The notes beneath the pieces were generated by a model that was not told the DNA's origin, ran no database searches, and saw nothing but the letters and a program-made list of their open reading frames with translations. Both the position numbers and the translations under genes were made by a program. From contig CAVTYA010000041.1 of NCBI GenBank assembly GCA_963738765.1, positions 88,099-152,098 on the forward strand: a DNA stretch of 64,000 bases, read 5' to 3'. This document shows, one piece after another, positions 49,766 to 58,562 of the stretch. This stretch comes from an uncultured Alphaproteobacteria bacterium. Lineage in GTDB: Bacteria > Pseudomonadota > Alphaproteobacteria > Rhizobiales > Xanthobacteraceae. Numbering within the stretch: position 1 is the stretch's first letter; each line of letters opens with the position of its first letter.

Positions 49766-49982
49766 TGACGTCAGGTCCGAAATCGAACGGATGCGCGCGC
49801 AGGTAAGCCGCCAGCGCGGAGAAGTCCGCCAACTGCAGCGGGCAGGGATCCCGACGGCCTCGGCCGACGCGCTGCTGGAGCGCATGCTCGACAGCATCGA
49901 CCAACTGTGCGCCGAACGCGACCGGCTCAAGAAAGAGCTGGAGCCAGTCAAGCGCAGGGCGCTCGGCGGCCGGAGCTGGTGA
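49755..49982 (+). CDS. 75-aa coiled-coil hypothetical protein
   Basis: EIERMRAQV..LQRAGIPTASA..LLERM. Confidence 0.7.
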   Translation: MQLDDVRSEIERMRAQVSRQRGEVRQLQRAGIPTASADALLERMLDSIDQLCAERDRLKKELEPVKRRALGGRSW

Positions 49983-50155
49983 TGCTTCATAAGGCGGTCA
50001 TGGTTTCGATCGAAAGTTACGTGGAACCGGCGTGCCGCAATCGCGTTTGATCAGGCTTTACCTGCATCGGGCCGGCTGGGGTGGTGTTAGAGAATGATAC
50101 AACCAAATGATGATCCGAGGCTGTTTACAATTGGGCGTGAATCGAAGATTTTGCC

Positions 50156-50416
50156 GTGATGGACGATGCGATGGGCAAATTGAAAATTGGCAGGCTCTAC
50201 CGGTTGGAGTTCCCAGGTGTTGCCGCTCGTGTCATCGAACCTCCTGCCGGCCATCACTCGGCAAAGTTCCCGTTCCTCGTCGAAAGCCTTTTTCTTCGCA
50301 GCCGCTGGTACGTCAACGAATTCGGCGAGCCGGACAACGTTCACAGCCCCAGGCTGCTTGTTCCGGACCGGGATTTAGAACCGGCCGGGCCCGGTTTCAA
50401 ACTAAACGGCAGGTGA
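50156..50416 (+). CDS. hypothetical protein
   Basis: ORF only; a GGAAC-N16-CGTT (EcfG-like promoter pattern) lies at 50023-50047. Confidence 0.45.
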   Translation: MMDDAMGKLKIGRLYRLEFPGVAARVIEPPAGHHSAKFPFLVESLFLRSRWYVNEFGEPDNVHSPRLLVPDRDLEPAGPGFKLNGR

Positions 50417-50456
50417 TCGGGAGTGGCGGGCCGGCCGGGCAGCGGCGAACGGCCGA

Positions 50457-50657
50457 TCACGTTTCGCTCGTCCGCCCCCGGTGTTTAGCCGACCCTGAAA
50501 GCACGCCGTCGATCAGAAGCACGACCTGAGTGATTGCCTCACCCCGGCTCCTGGTTTCGCCGGTTTTTGTGGTGAGGTCGTCAAGGGTCACAGCCCATCG
50601 CCACGAATTCGGCTCATCGCCTTCGAACACCAGATATTGCTTGCCGCGATATTCCAT
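50457..50657 (-). CDS. hypothetical protein
   Basis: MEYRGKQY...WRWAV..KTGE small-protein pattern. Confidence 0.6.
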   Translation of the reverse strand: MEYRGKQYLVFEGDEPNSWRWAVTLDDLTTKTGETRSRGEAITQVVLLIDGVLSGSAKHRGRTSET

Positions 50658-51057
50658 CGAAAAAACACTTCAATAAATAATAGGCGCATCGTTCCGGCGG
50701 TCGCAATCCGCCGCCAATCCATCTGCATTATCCGATTTCATCGCGTGAAGCTATTCGGTTGCCTTCCCTTCGAAGGCCCCGCGCCTTCGAACTTCGAAAT
50801 TTCGAGGCCGTTGCCTTCGGGCAACGCAATTTCAAATCAATCGCCAGGCGCGGTCGATTGTCGTTTCGCCGCAACCGGAAGGAGAGTAGGTTGATCGTCA
50901 AGAGCCATTAGCCAATCGGATCCAGCACATCCCGCAAGAATGTCCGCAGCAGCCATTTCAGAGGCCGCTCGGATGCCGACGCCGCGCCAACGGTGCGCGT
51001 TATCAATGACGCATTGAACTGAATTCTACGTTGCTGCGAGATTTGAGGGAGGCACAT

Positions 51058-52056
51058 GTGGCATCTGGTCGACAGCAGCGGCAACCCGTCGGCGCATCCG
51101 GTGCGGCGGGCCTGTCCTCGATAAGATTGCCGCTCTGGCTTCGCTTTCTGCTGATCATTGCCGTGATTGTGCTTGCCGCAGCGGGCGGGCTGTTTGGCTA
51201 TCGCTATTACACCCACCCTAAAACCTTGACCGTTGCCGTTGGCTCGATCGACGGTGAGGCCGCGAACGCGATGCAGGCCATCGCGAGCCGTCTGGTTACC
51301 AACAACGCGGCGGTCCGATTGAAGGTTATCGACACCGGCACCGCGCTCGAGGCCGGCAAGCAGTTCGCGGCGGGAAAGGTCGATCTCGCCGTGGTCCGCG
51401 GCGACGTCGGCGATTTGTCGCAAGCGGGCGCTGTGGTCATCGTCGCGCGCTTGGTCGCGCTCATCATCGCGCCCCCCGGTTCATCGATATCGAGTATCGA
51501 CGGCCTGAAAAATCGCGTCGTTGGCGTGATCGGCGGCGAGGCGAATACCAAACTCGTCGACGTCCTCTGCAAGGAATACGGCCTGGTCCGCGCCAAGGTG
51601 TTCAAGGACGTCAATCTGGCGGACGCCCGGCATGCCCTGCAATCGAAGGAAGTCAGCGCGCTTCTCGTCGTGATCCCGCTGTCGGAAAAATATTTGTCGC
51701 TGGTGCGCGGATTTTTCCAGCAAGGGCCAAAGCAATTACCCGTGCTGATCGGCATCGAATCCGCCGGCGCCATAGCGGAGGCGGAGCGCGCCTATGAGAG
51801 TTACGACGTGCCGAAGGGCACGCTGCGCGGCGCCCCGCCGGTCCCGGACGATGATCTGACCACGCTGCGGACTTCCTTGTATCTGGTGGCCAACAAGAAG
51901 CTCGGTACCGATCTGGTCACGACGCTGACCCAGACCATCATGAACGTGCGCCGGGACCTTCTGGTCGAGCAGCCGATCTTCGCCCAGATCGCCGCGCCGA
52001 GCACCGATGCGGACGCCTATCTCGGCCTGCACCCCGGCGCCGCAGCCTTCTACAAC
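51058..52056 (+). pseudogene. TAXI/NMT1-like solute-binding membrane protein, 5' part (split by inversion)
   Basis: TM anchor, LTVAVGS, VDLAVVRGD, ...LHPGAAAFYN, then coding signal is lost. Confidence 0.85.
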
Positions 52057-52220
52057 TTCTTGACCAGGCGATCGAGGCTCGTGCCCACCGTGGCCAGCCC
52101 GCGCGCGACGGCGGCGTCCGAGATATCAACCATGGTCACGCCAAGCCCCGCGGCCGCGCAGACCTGGGCGATGCCGTTGCCCATGGTGCCTGCCCCGATG
52201 ATGCCAACCTGTTCAATCAT
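52057..52220 (-). pseudogene. 3-hydroxybutyryl-CoA dehydrogenase, 5' part (inverted)
   Basis: MIEQVGIIGAGTMGNGIAQV Rossmann motif with AAGGA RBS. Confidence 0.9.
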
Positions 52221-52385
52221 TGCTTTCGTCCTTCTCAATTCACCAGCAGCGCGATGGCGGATCACATCCGTTCGACCTGCGGACGCGCCGTCCGCCGAAC
52301 GGCATGCATACCCCAGACCCGGCAAATTGACACCCATCCAAATCAGGATTCGAGCGCGCGTCCGCGAAAGCCTAAACCCTGGGCG

Positions 52386-52760
52386 TTACGTCCCCGGGGC
52401 GACCGCCGATCCGTTCGCGAGCATCTGCCGGCGATCGTGAATCAGGTTTTCCAGCCGATGGGCGGCGATATTCAGCGTGGTCGCATCAACCGCCGTCTCA
52501 TCGCCGGCCGCGGCCCTCGCGCGTTGCGCCGTCAGGATCTCGTCAATTTCATCTTCGATTGTCGCGAGTTCCTCCAGTGTAGCTGCTTTGCGGATTCGCC
52601 GTGCCAGCGCATACAAACCATCCAGCGGGGCTTCGCTTTCGGATCGTCCGATTCCGAGAAATTTCCAGGCCGCGGCGAGGGCAGTCGCGACGCCGCCAAG
52701 GATCATTGGCGTCAGATAGATCCAGTTGCCGTATTCATCCATAAAGCTCTGCTGGGTACC
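52386..52760 (-). pseudogene. TAXI-like protein, 3' part (inverted)
   Basis: GTQQSFMDEYGNWIYLTPMILGG...EELATIEDEIDEIL. Confidence 0.85.
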
Positions 52761-53457
52761 GGAGAAGATCTCCGCCGCCGAGAAGGAGGCCACGCTGGCG
52801 CGCATCATAGCCACGACCGACAGGGCAAAGCTCGCGCCCTGCGATCTCGTGATCGAGGCTGCGACCGAAAGCGAGGACCTGAAGGTCAAGATACTGAAGG
52901 ATATTTGCGCGACGCTGAACCCGCGGGGGCTCGTCGCCACCAACACCTCGTCGATCTCGATCACCAAACTCGCCGCCGCGACCGACCGCGCCCGACCGCT
53001 TCATCGGCATGCACTTCTTCAACCCGGTGCCGATGATGGCGCTGTTGGAACTGATCCGGGGCCTGCAAACCTCCGACGATACCGTACGCCAAGGCCGAAG
53101 CCTTTGCAAAGCGGATCGGCAAGTCGTCGATCACGGTGAGGAACAGCCCGGGCTTTGCGGTCAATCGCATCCTGTGCCCGATGATCAACGAAGCGATCTT
53201 CGCGCTGCAGGAAGGGATCGCGACCGCAGAGGAAATCGATGCCGGCATGAAGCTCGGCTGCAATCACCCGATCGGTCCGCTGGCGCTGGCCGACATGATC
53301 GGCCTCGACACCATGCTGTCGGTGATGGACGTGTTCTACAAGGGATTCAACGATCCCGAAATATCGTCCGGCCCCGCTGCTGAAGGAGATGGTCGCCGCC
53401 GGCCGGCTCGGCCGCAAGACCGGCAGCGGCTTTTACAGCTACGGCACGACGGCGTGA
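52761..53457 (+). pseudogene. 3-hydroxybutyryl-CoA dehydrogenase, 3' part (also frameshifted)
   Basis: [60 protein letters not shown]. Confidence 0.9.
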
Positions 53458-53786
53458 GCCGACTTTGTCGGCCGTAGCCCGACGGGCGCAGGCGGACGGT
53501 GGCCGAGGCGGATCGGCCGTAAATTATGGCCTGCGCCGCAGAAGCTCTTTGCTAGACGGTGGTGGATTCCGGCTCACCGGGTAACCAATGTTTCGCATCT
53601 TGCTGCCGGGGTAGGGTATGCAGGCCTTGATCGAAACCATCAAAGCTGAGCCGTGGCCGTTCATCGCCGGCGGCATCGTGGTCGTGGCGATGATTCTTGC
53701 CGAGTTCTTCGGCAAGGGCGACGGCACGGAATTCCCTGACATTGGCGGCTGGGACTAGAAGCGCCCACAGTCCATGCGAGCCGGGC

Positions 53787-54026
53787 TTATTTGTCGGCCG
53801 CAGCTTCCAGGCAGTGATTGATGTGCTCGGCCCGGTCCCGCGGCAGCACCTTGGCCTCATCGGCCTTGTGACGCCATTCCGCCATTTTGACCTGTTCGGC
53901 GCGCCGTTTTTCCGCGGCTTCCCGAAACTCGGGGGCGACGGAATTTGGGTCTACCAGCTTTTGGGCAAGGGCCGGTTCGGCAAATGCGATCACCGCTGGA
54001 ATAATCAAAAGCCGAAACGAGCGCAT
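53787..54026 (-). CDS. small secreted hypothetical protein
   Basis: signal peptide, VAPEFREAAEKRRAEQ; GGAG RBS. Confidence 0.65.
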   Translation of the reverse strand: MRSFRLLIIPAVIAFAEPALAQKLVDPNSVAPEFREAAEKRRAEQVKMAEWRHKADEAKVLPRDRAEHINHCLEAAADK

Positions 54027-54170
54027 GGCAAGCCGCTCCAGGGTCCGACCGGAAAGGGTCACAGTTTTTCGGTAGCCCGGCCCGCGTGCAGTGTCTATGA
54101 ACGAGGTCACATTCGGAAGGATACGAAATGCGATCGCACCAGCTGGTGCTGCATCTCGAAGGAGGCTCTG

Positions 54171-54437
54171 ATGCGCATCCCGGCTCTGGGAGTTCTGACG
54201 ATCGCGATAATTTTGACGGCGGCGCCGCTGCGGGCCCAAACCTATGATCCGAACTATCCGGTCTGCCTGCAGACCTTCGGCAGATCCGGAGGCTACATCG
54301 CATGCCGCTATACCTCGCTGGAGCAGTGTGCGCTGTCGGCATCGGGCCGCTCCGCCCAGTGCATCATCAATCCCTATTTTGCCGGCGCGCGAGTGCCCGC
54401 GGGACCGCATCATCGGCGGCATCGCGGCGGCTACTGA
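54171..54437 (+). CDS. DUF3551 domain secreted protein
   Basis: AQTYDPNYPVCL...CRYTSLEQC..SASGRSAQC..NPYF. Confidence 0.85.
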   Translation: MRIPALGVLTIAIILTAAPLRAQTYDPNYPVCLQTFGRSGGYIACRYTSLEQCALSASGRSAQCIINPYFAGARVPAGPHHRRHRGGY

Positions 54438-54527
54438 ACATCTTGCCGCCGCTTGTCCGGAACATCTTGTTGCAGGTAACGATCAGTACGTGCCGATGCG
54501 GTATCGGCAAACCCGGCAGGAATTGAG

Positions 54528-54962
54528 ATGCGGATCGAGGCAGTCGTGACCCAGGGCGGTGGCTGGGCGAGCGGCAGGAGCAACCCGAATGGCGGTCCCG
54601 GGACCATCGAACTTCAGAAGCCGCTCATGCGGCGTTATTTTCCCGAGATCATGGATTGTCACAACGGCACCATCAATTTGCTGCTGGACTGTCCGCTACA
54701 AGTCAGGCTTCCGGATATCGTGACCCCGCCGCTCGATTGGAATCCCGCCGCCTTTCCCGATGGCGAGAGGTTCGGGATAACGGCGATTGAACTGGAATTT
54801 GGCGGAGCGTCCCGCAGGGCATGGCTCTATACGGCCGAACACTCGCCGCATCGTTTCAACAATACGATCGCCGAGGTGCTGACCGGGAAGCTGGACGGCG
54901 TCGCGCTGGGGGTGAGGTGCGCCATACATGTGAAGCGCATCACTCAGCTGCTTGTGATTTGA
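54528..54962 (+). CDS. hypothetical protein, possibly CTP-dependent riboflavin-kinase-like fold
   Basis: VVTQGGG.AS and NGTINL resemble the VxSGxG / PGTLN motifs. Confidence 0.55.
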   Translation: MRIEAVVTQGGGWASGRSNPNGGPGTIELQKPLMRRYFPEIMDCHNGTINLLLDCPLQVRLPDIVTPPLDWNPAAFPDGERFGITAIELEFGGASRRAWLYTAEHSPHRFNNTIAEVLTGKLDGVALGVRCAIHVKRITQLLVI

Positions 54963-55276
54963 GAGCCATTGCCAGTACAGCCTGAGCGATACGCTTCCTC
55001 ATGACTGCGATAGAAATCCACACATTGCGGTGACGGCGTCATCCGCAGCAGCGTCCGGAACGCACGACGGTGTACCATGCAGAGGCCGCGGTGGGCGGCC
55101 GGCTGGAATTCCAGCGCGCCGATATCGTCCCGCCACTTCGGCATGATTCGCTTCCAGAGGTATCGATTTTTTGCACCAAATGTCGGGTTTCATAATCGTA
55201 CCAGGTCACGGATATTCAAGATTGATCCGGGTAATGCGGGTAGGTTGCCGCGATAGACAGCAAGCAAGCAGGGATC

Positions 55277-56587
55277 ATGGCGACGTTTGTTCATGGAATA
55301 TTCGGCCTTGCTGCAGCGTCGGGCGCCGTCCGCATTGTGGTGGCGGCGGTTTCGATGACGATTTGGACCAACGGGGTTGGGGCAGGCCAAGCGGCCGGCG
55401 CGCGTGCTCCTTCGGCGGACAAGCTCGAACGCATCACCGAATTCTTCAATGACGAGATTGCCGCAGGCCGATTGCCGGGTGCCGTCGTATTGATCCAGCA
55501 GCACGGCAAGCCGGTCTATTTCAAATGTTTCGGCGTCCGCGACGTGGCGACGAATTTGCCGATGACATCAGATACGATTTTTGCGTTGCACTCGATGACG
55601 AAACCCATCACCAGCCTCGCGGTGATGATGCTGATCGATGCCGGCAAGCTCGCGCTTTCGGATCCCGCGTCGAAATATATTCCGGGATTTGCCGACGCCA
55701 AGGTCGGCGTCCGTTCAGTCACGGCCGACGGAACGCCCAATCTGAAACTGGTGCCGTCGGACCGGCCGATGACCATCATGGATCTGCTGCGGCATACCTC
55801 AGGGATCACCTACGACTATATCGGCGGCAAGCTGATCGACAAGGCTTACTCGGAATCGGGCCTGTTCGATGGCGAGTTCGACAACAAGGTGTTTGCCGAG
55901 CGCATCGCCAAATTGCCTTTGGCGCGGCAGCCGGGCACGCTGTGGCGCTATGGTCATTCGACCGACGTGATCGGGCGCATCATTGAGATCGTATCCGGGC
56001 AGACCCTGTACCAATTCGAAAAGCAGCACATCTTCGATCCGCTGGGCATGACGGATACCAAATTCGTGCTCGATCGCGCCGACGAACGCGCGCGGATGGC
56101 GGAGCCGTTGCCCAGCGATACGATCCTGAACCAGGCGGAAGCCGAACGTCGCGCCCATCCGGAATGGGAGTCCGGCGGCGGCGGATTGGTCTCGTCTCCA
56201 ACCGACTATGCACGCTTTGCGCAGATGATTCTCGATGGTGGGGAGTTCGGCGGCAGACGCTACCTTGGCGCGGCTGCGTTCAAGTCCATGACATCAGACC
56301 ATATCGGACCTCGTTCCGGGGTGGCGCGGGACTATTTCTATTTTCCGGGCGACGGTTTTGGCTTCGGTTACGGCTTTGCGGTGCGCACCGATCCCGGCAA
56401 CGCCAAACCGCCGCCGCCCGGTTCGATCGGCGAGCTCAAATGGGACAGCGGCAGCGGCACGTACTTCGGCGTCGATCCGCACCTGGACATGCTCTACATC
56501 CTGATGGAGCAGACCCAGAATGAACGCGGACGCATTACACCCGCCTTCAAGAAGCTGGTTTACGACGCTTTTGACGCGACGAATTGA
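55277..56587 (+). CDS. serine hydrolase, beta-lactamase class C-like family
   Basis: SMTK, LLRHTSG, PGTLWRYG, GGGGLVS. Confidence 0.9.
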   Translation: MATFVHGIFGLAAASGAVRIVVAAVSMTIWTNGVGAGQAAGARAPSADKLERITEFFNDEIAAGRLPGAVVLIQQHGKPVYFKCFGVRDVATNLPMTSDTIFALHSMTKPITSLAVMMLIDAGKLALSDPASKYIPGFADAKVGVRSVTADGTPNLKLVPSDRPMTIMDLLRHTSGITYDYIGGKLIDKAYSESGLFDGEFDNKVFAERIAKLPLARQPGTLWRYGHSTDVIGRIIEIVSGQTLYQFEKQHIFDPLGMTDTKFVLDRADERARMAEPLPSDTILNQAEAERRAHPEWESGGGGLVSSPTDYARFAQMILDGGEFGGRRYLGAAAFKSMTSDHIGPRSGVARDYFYFPGDGFGFGYGFAVRTDPGNAKPPPPGSIGELKWDSGSGTYFGVDPHLDMLYILMEQTQNERGRITPAFKKLVYDAFDATN

Positions 56588-56615
56588 TCCGGCCGCCTGT
56601 GGGCGACGCTTGCGG

Positions 56616-56876
56616 TTACTTTCGGGACCGCTTTTTGCGCGGGACAGGTTTGGCATAATACGGATTGACCACGCACTGGGCCGACCGGCCCGACGCCGAC
56701 GCCGCACACTGCGCCATCGTAGTGTAGGCGCATTCGAAGTAGTAATGCACCATGCCCTCGTAGATCTGCAGGCAAACCGGGTAAGCTGGATCGTAGGTCT
56801 GCGCCGGTGCAGGTGCGGCAGATAGGATCGTGCCGGCTGCGAGTGCTGTGCAAAGCAGGCTTGCTGCGTTCTTCAT
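56616..56876 (-). CDS. DUF3551 domain secreted protein
   Basis: AQTYDPAYPVCL...CAYTTMAQC..SASGRSAQC..NPYY. Confidence 0.85.
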   Translation of the reverse strand: MKNAASLLCTALAAGTILSAAPAPAQTYDPAYPVCLQIYEGMVHYYFECAYTTMAQCAASASGRSAQCVVNPYYAKPVPRKKRSRK

Positions 56877-57099
56877 AGCGGGTCCCAAATTGTCGGAAGG
56901 AAATTTTAGATCACGGGGACGGGGCGTTCAACTGTTGTTCTGTCTTGGCGCTCCCCCGAGATGCTCGACTTCAGATTGAGTGCACTGTCACCGTAATCCC
57001 GCACCGTAATCCCGCTGGGTTGAGATCAGCGGCGGCTTTTTGCGGCACAGGGTTGCCCACACAAATGCACCCATGAAGAAAGATGAGCAGCGCAAACGT

Positions 57100-57276
57100 C
57101 TAGGTAATGCTGCTTATCTTGCCATTTGCATCCATGGTAAAAGTTAGTCCCATGAATGTAACCGAGCCCCCTCGGGCGTCGATGACATCCTTGCTCACGT
57201 AGTCATGATCCCATTTCATACCGCCGCTCGCTGCATCCAGTTCGTCAGTGTTCAATTCGCTGGTTTCGTTGTTCAT
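57100..57276 (-). CDS. 58-aa double-glycine-leader peptide
   Basis: MNNETSELNTDELDAASGG followed by MKWDHDYVSK...; GGGAG RBS. Confidence 0.75.
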   Translation of the reverse strand: MNNETSELNTDELDAASGGMKWDHDYVSKDVIDARGGSVTFMGLTFTMDANGKISSIT

Positions 57277-57345
57277 GTCAGTCTCCCATGGGCAGGGCAA
57301 TTCCACCGCCACGGCCACAGAATACAAGGGGATCATTATCGCTAC

Positions 57346-57431
57346 CGTGACGAATGTCACATCGCAATTTCCGGACTCGCCAGCGGGGCTTCCTAAAGTC
57401 GTGGCGGGCAGGCGGTGTGACTGGGATCACA
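57346..57431. promoter_or_regulatory. two CRP-like boxes between divergent peptide genes
   Basis: CGTGA-cgaatg-TCACA (57346-57361) and TGTGA-ctggga-TCACA (57416-57431). Confidence 0.65.
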
Positions 57432-57495
57432 GCATCGGCTGGGTTCCTTTGCAACTATGAGACTGCATCGTTCTTCGAGAGAGGAGACCCATCCA

Positions 57496-57645
57496 ATGCG
57501 CGAAGATCATTCCGAGCTAAACCAGCCCAGCGACGTTGAACTTGAGTTGAGTGATTTGGAGCTCGATGACGTCGTTGGCGGGAGCGCGAAAACATTTCAG
57601 GCGAATACCTATCGTTACGATCCCTACAAAACATTTAGATTTTGA
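57496..57645 (+). CDS. 49-aa double-glycine-leader peptide
   Basis: ...ELSDLELDDVVGG followed by SAKTFQANTYRYDPYKTFRF; GAGGAG RBS. Confidence 0.75.
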   Translation: MREDHSELNQPSDVELELSDLELDDVVGGSAKTFQANTYRYDPYKTFRF

Positions 57646-57789
57646 TGAAGTAGGAGTGCGTTGCGAGGCCCAACGTAGCCGCCCCAGGTTTGGCCCCTCT
57701 GGCCTCACTGGGGCGGCTAGCGCTCGCCCATGCGCTGGCCCGATCGGCCGGCACATAGCCCGCAGAAGCCGAACTCACCAGCGGGCTTC

Positions 57790-58062
57790 CTAGAGTCGTG
57801 GAGAGGCTGTCACGCGCCGGCCGGCCCTTTTTGCCCAGGCTTCGATATCAGCCCAGCCAAGCGTGATGTCGCCCGTTGCGATCGTCGCGTTGTGCCTGAA
57901 CCCTTCGGGTAGGGTCGATGTCGAGTAAGCGACCGCTGCTGCGACGGTCTCAAAATTCATCCGTTGGCGCGTGATCTCGATGGGCTGATGGTGCCCGACG
58001 GTTCTCATGCCGGTCGGAAACCATTCGAGGACGGCTGGTTGATCGGCTAATCGCGTGCTCAT
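57790..58062 (-). CDS. hypothetical protein
   Basis: 90-aa ORF after AAAGGAG RBS. Confidence 0.6.
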   Translation of the reverse strand: MSTRLADQPAVLEWFPTGMRTVGHHQPIEITRQRMNFETVAAAVAYSTSTLPEGFRHNATIATGDITLGWADIEAWAKRAGRRVTASPRL

Positions 58063-58241
58063 GCTGTAGCTCCTTTGCGTTGCGCTCGTGCGAGCGGCAG
58101 CAAAGGACATCAGAGGGCGAAACCTTAACAACGCACCGCTCGCACACCGTCACGCCCGGGCGATCATCGATTTGCCAACACAGCGCCCACACAACGGTTT
58201 TTCGGAGTAAGGCGGATTTGGCTTAAATTATTGAATTTGTT

Positions 58242-58317
58242 TGGTGAGCGCGGAGGGACTCGAACCCTCGACCCCATGATTAAAAGTCACGTGCTCTACC
58301 GCCTGAGCTACGCGCTC
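58242..58317 (-). tRNA. tRNA-Lys(UUU)
   Basis: GAGCGCGTAGCTCAGGCGGTAGAGCACGTGACTTTTAATCATGGGGTCGAGGGTTCGAGTCCCTCCGCGCTCACCA; cloverleaf, TTT anticodon, encoded CCA. Confidence 0.97.
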
Positions 58318-58562
58318 ACTCTGTCGCTTGGGCATGATCTTTTCGGAGAACCGGTCCAACTCGCTATCTACGCGCGGGGCAGGTTTTTCCGGATCAGGCT
58401 CGGCCCGCGCTGTGTAGGGGGCGGGGACTTGGCGGTCAATAGCGCAAAGGAGCGCAATTGAGCCGGCCGATGGCCCCCGAATTTCCTTTGCACAGCTTAT
58501 GGTTAGCCTGGTTTCTTCAGGAAGGCCGCGACCAATTCATCCACCGTACCGCCGCGCGTCCG

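Larger units (their letters stand above)
52057..52760. other. 704-bp inverted segment
   Basis: reverse-complementing it restores FYN|GTQQSFMD and LDRLVKK|EKISAAE in frame. Confidence 0.93.

Noticed and set aside
46124-50900. prophage remnant in the cluster of small hypothetical genes
   Set aside because: No integrase, terminase, capsid or tail genes and no att repeats recognised
52040-52780. recombinase-driven shufflon/invertible switch
   Set aside because: No inverted repeats at the breakpoints (1-bp homology only) and no invertase gene in the window, so a classical site-specific system is unsupported
51031-52967. 469-aa (+) and 193-aa (-) ORFs as genuine fusion proteins
   Set aside because: Both are read-through chimeras created by the 52057-52760 inversion; the added parts are antisense translations
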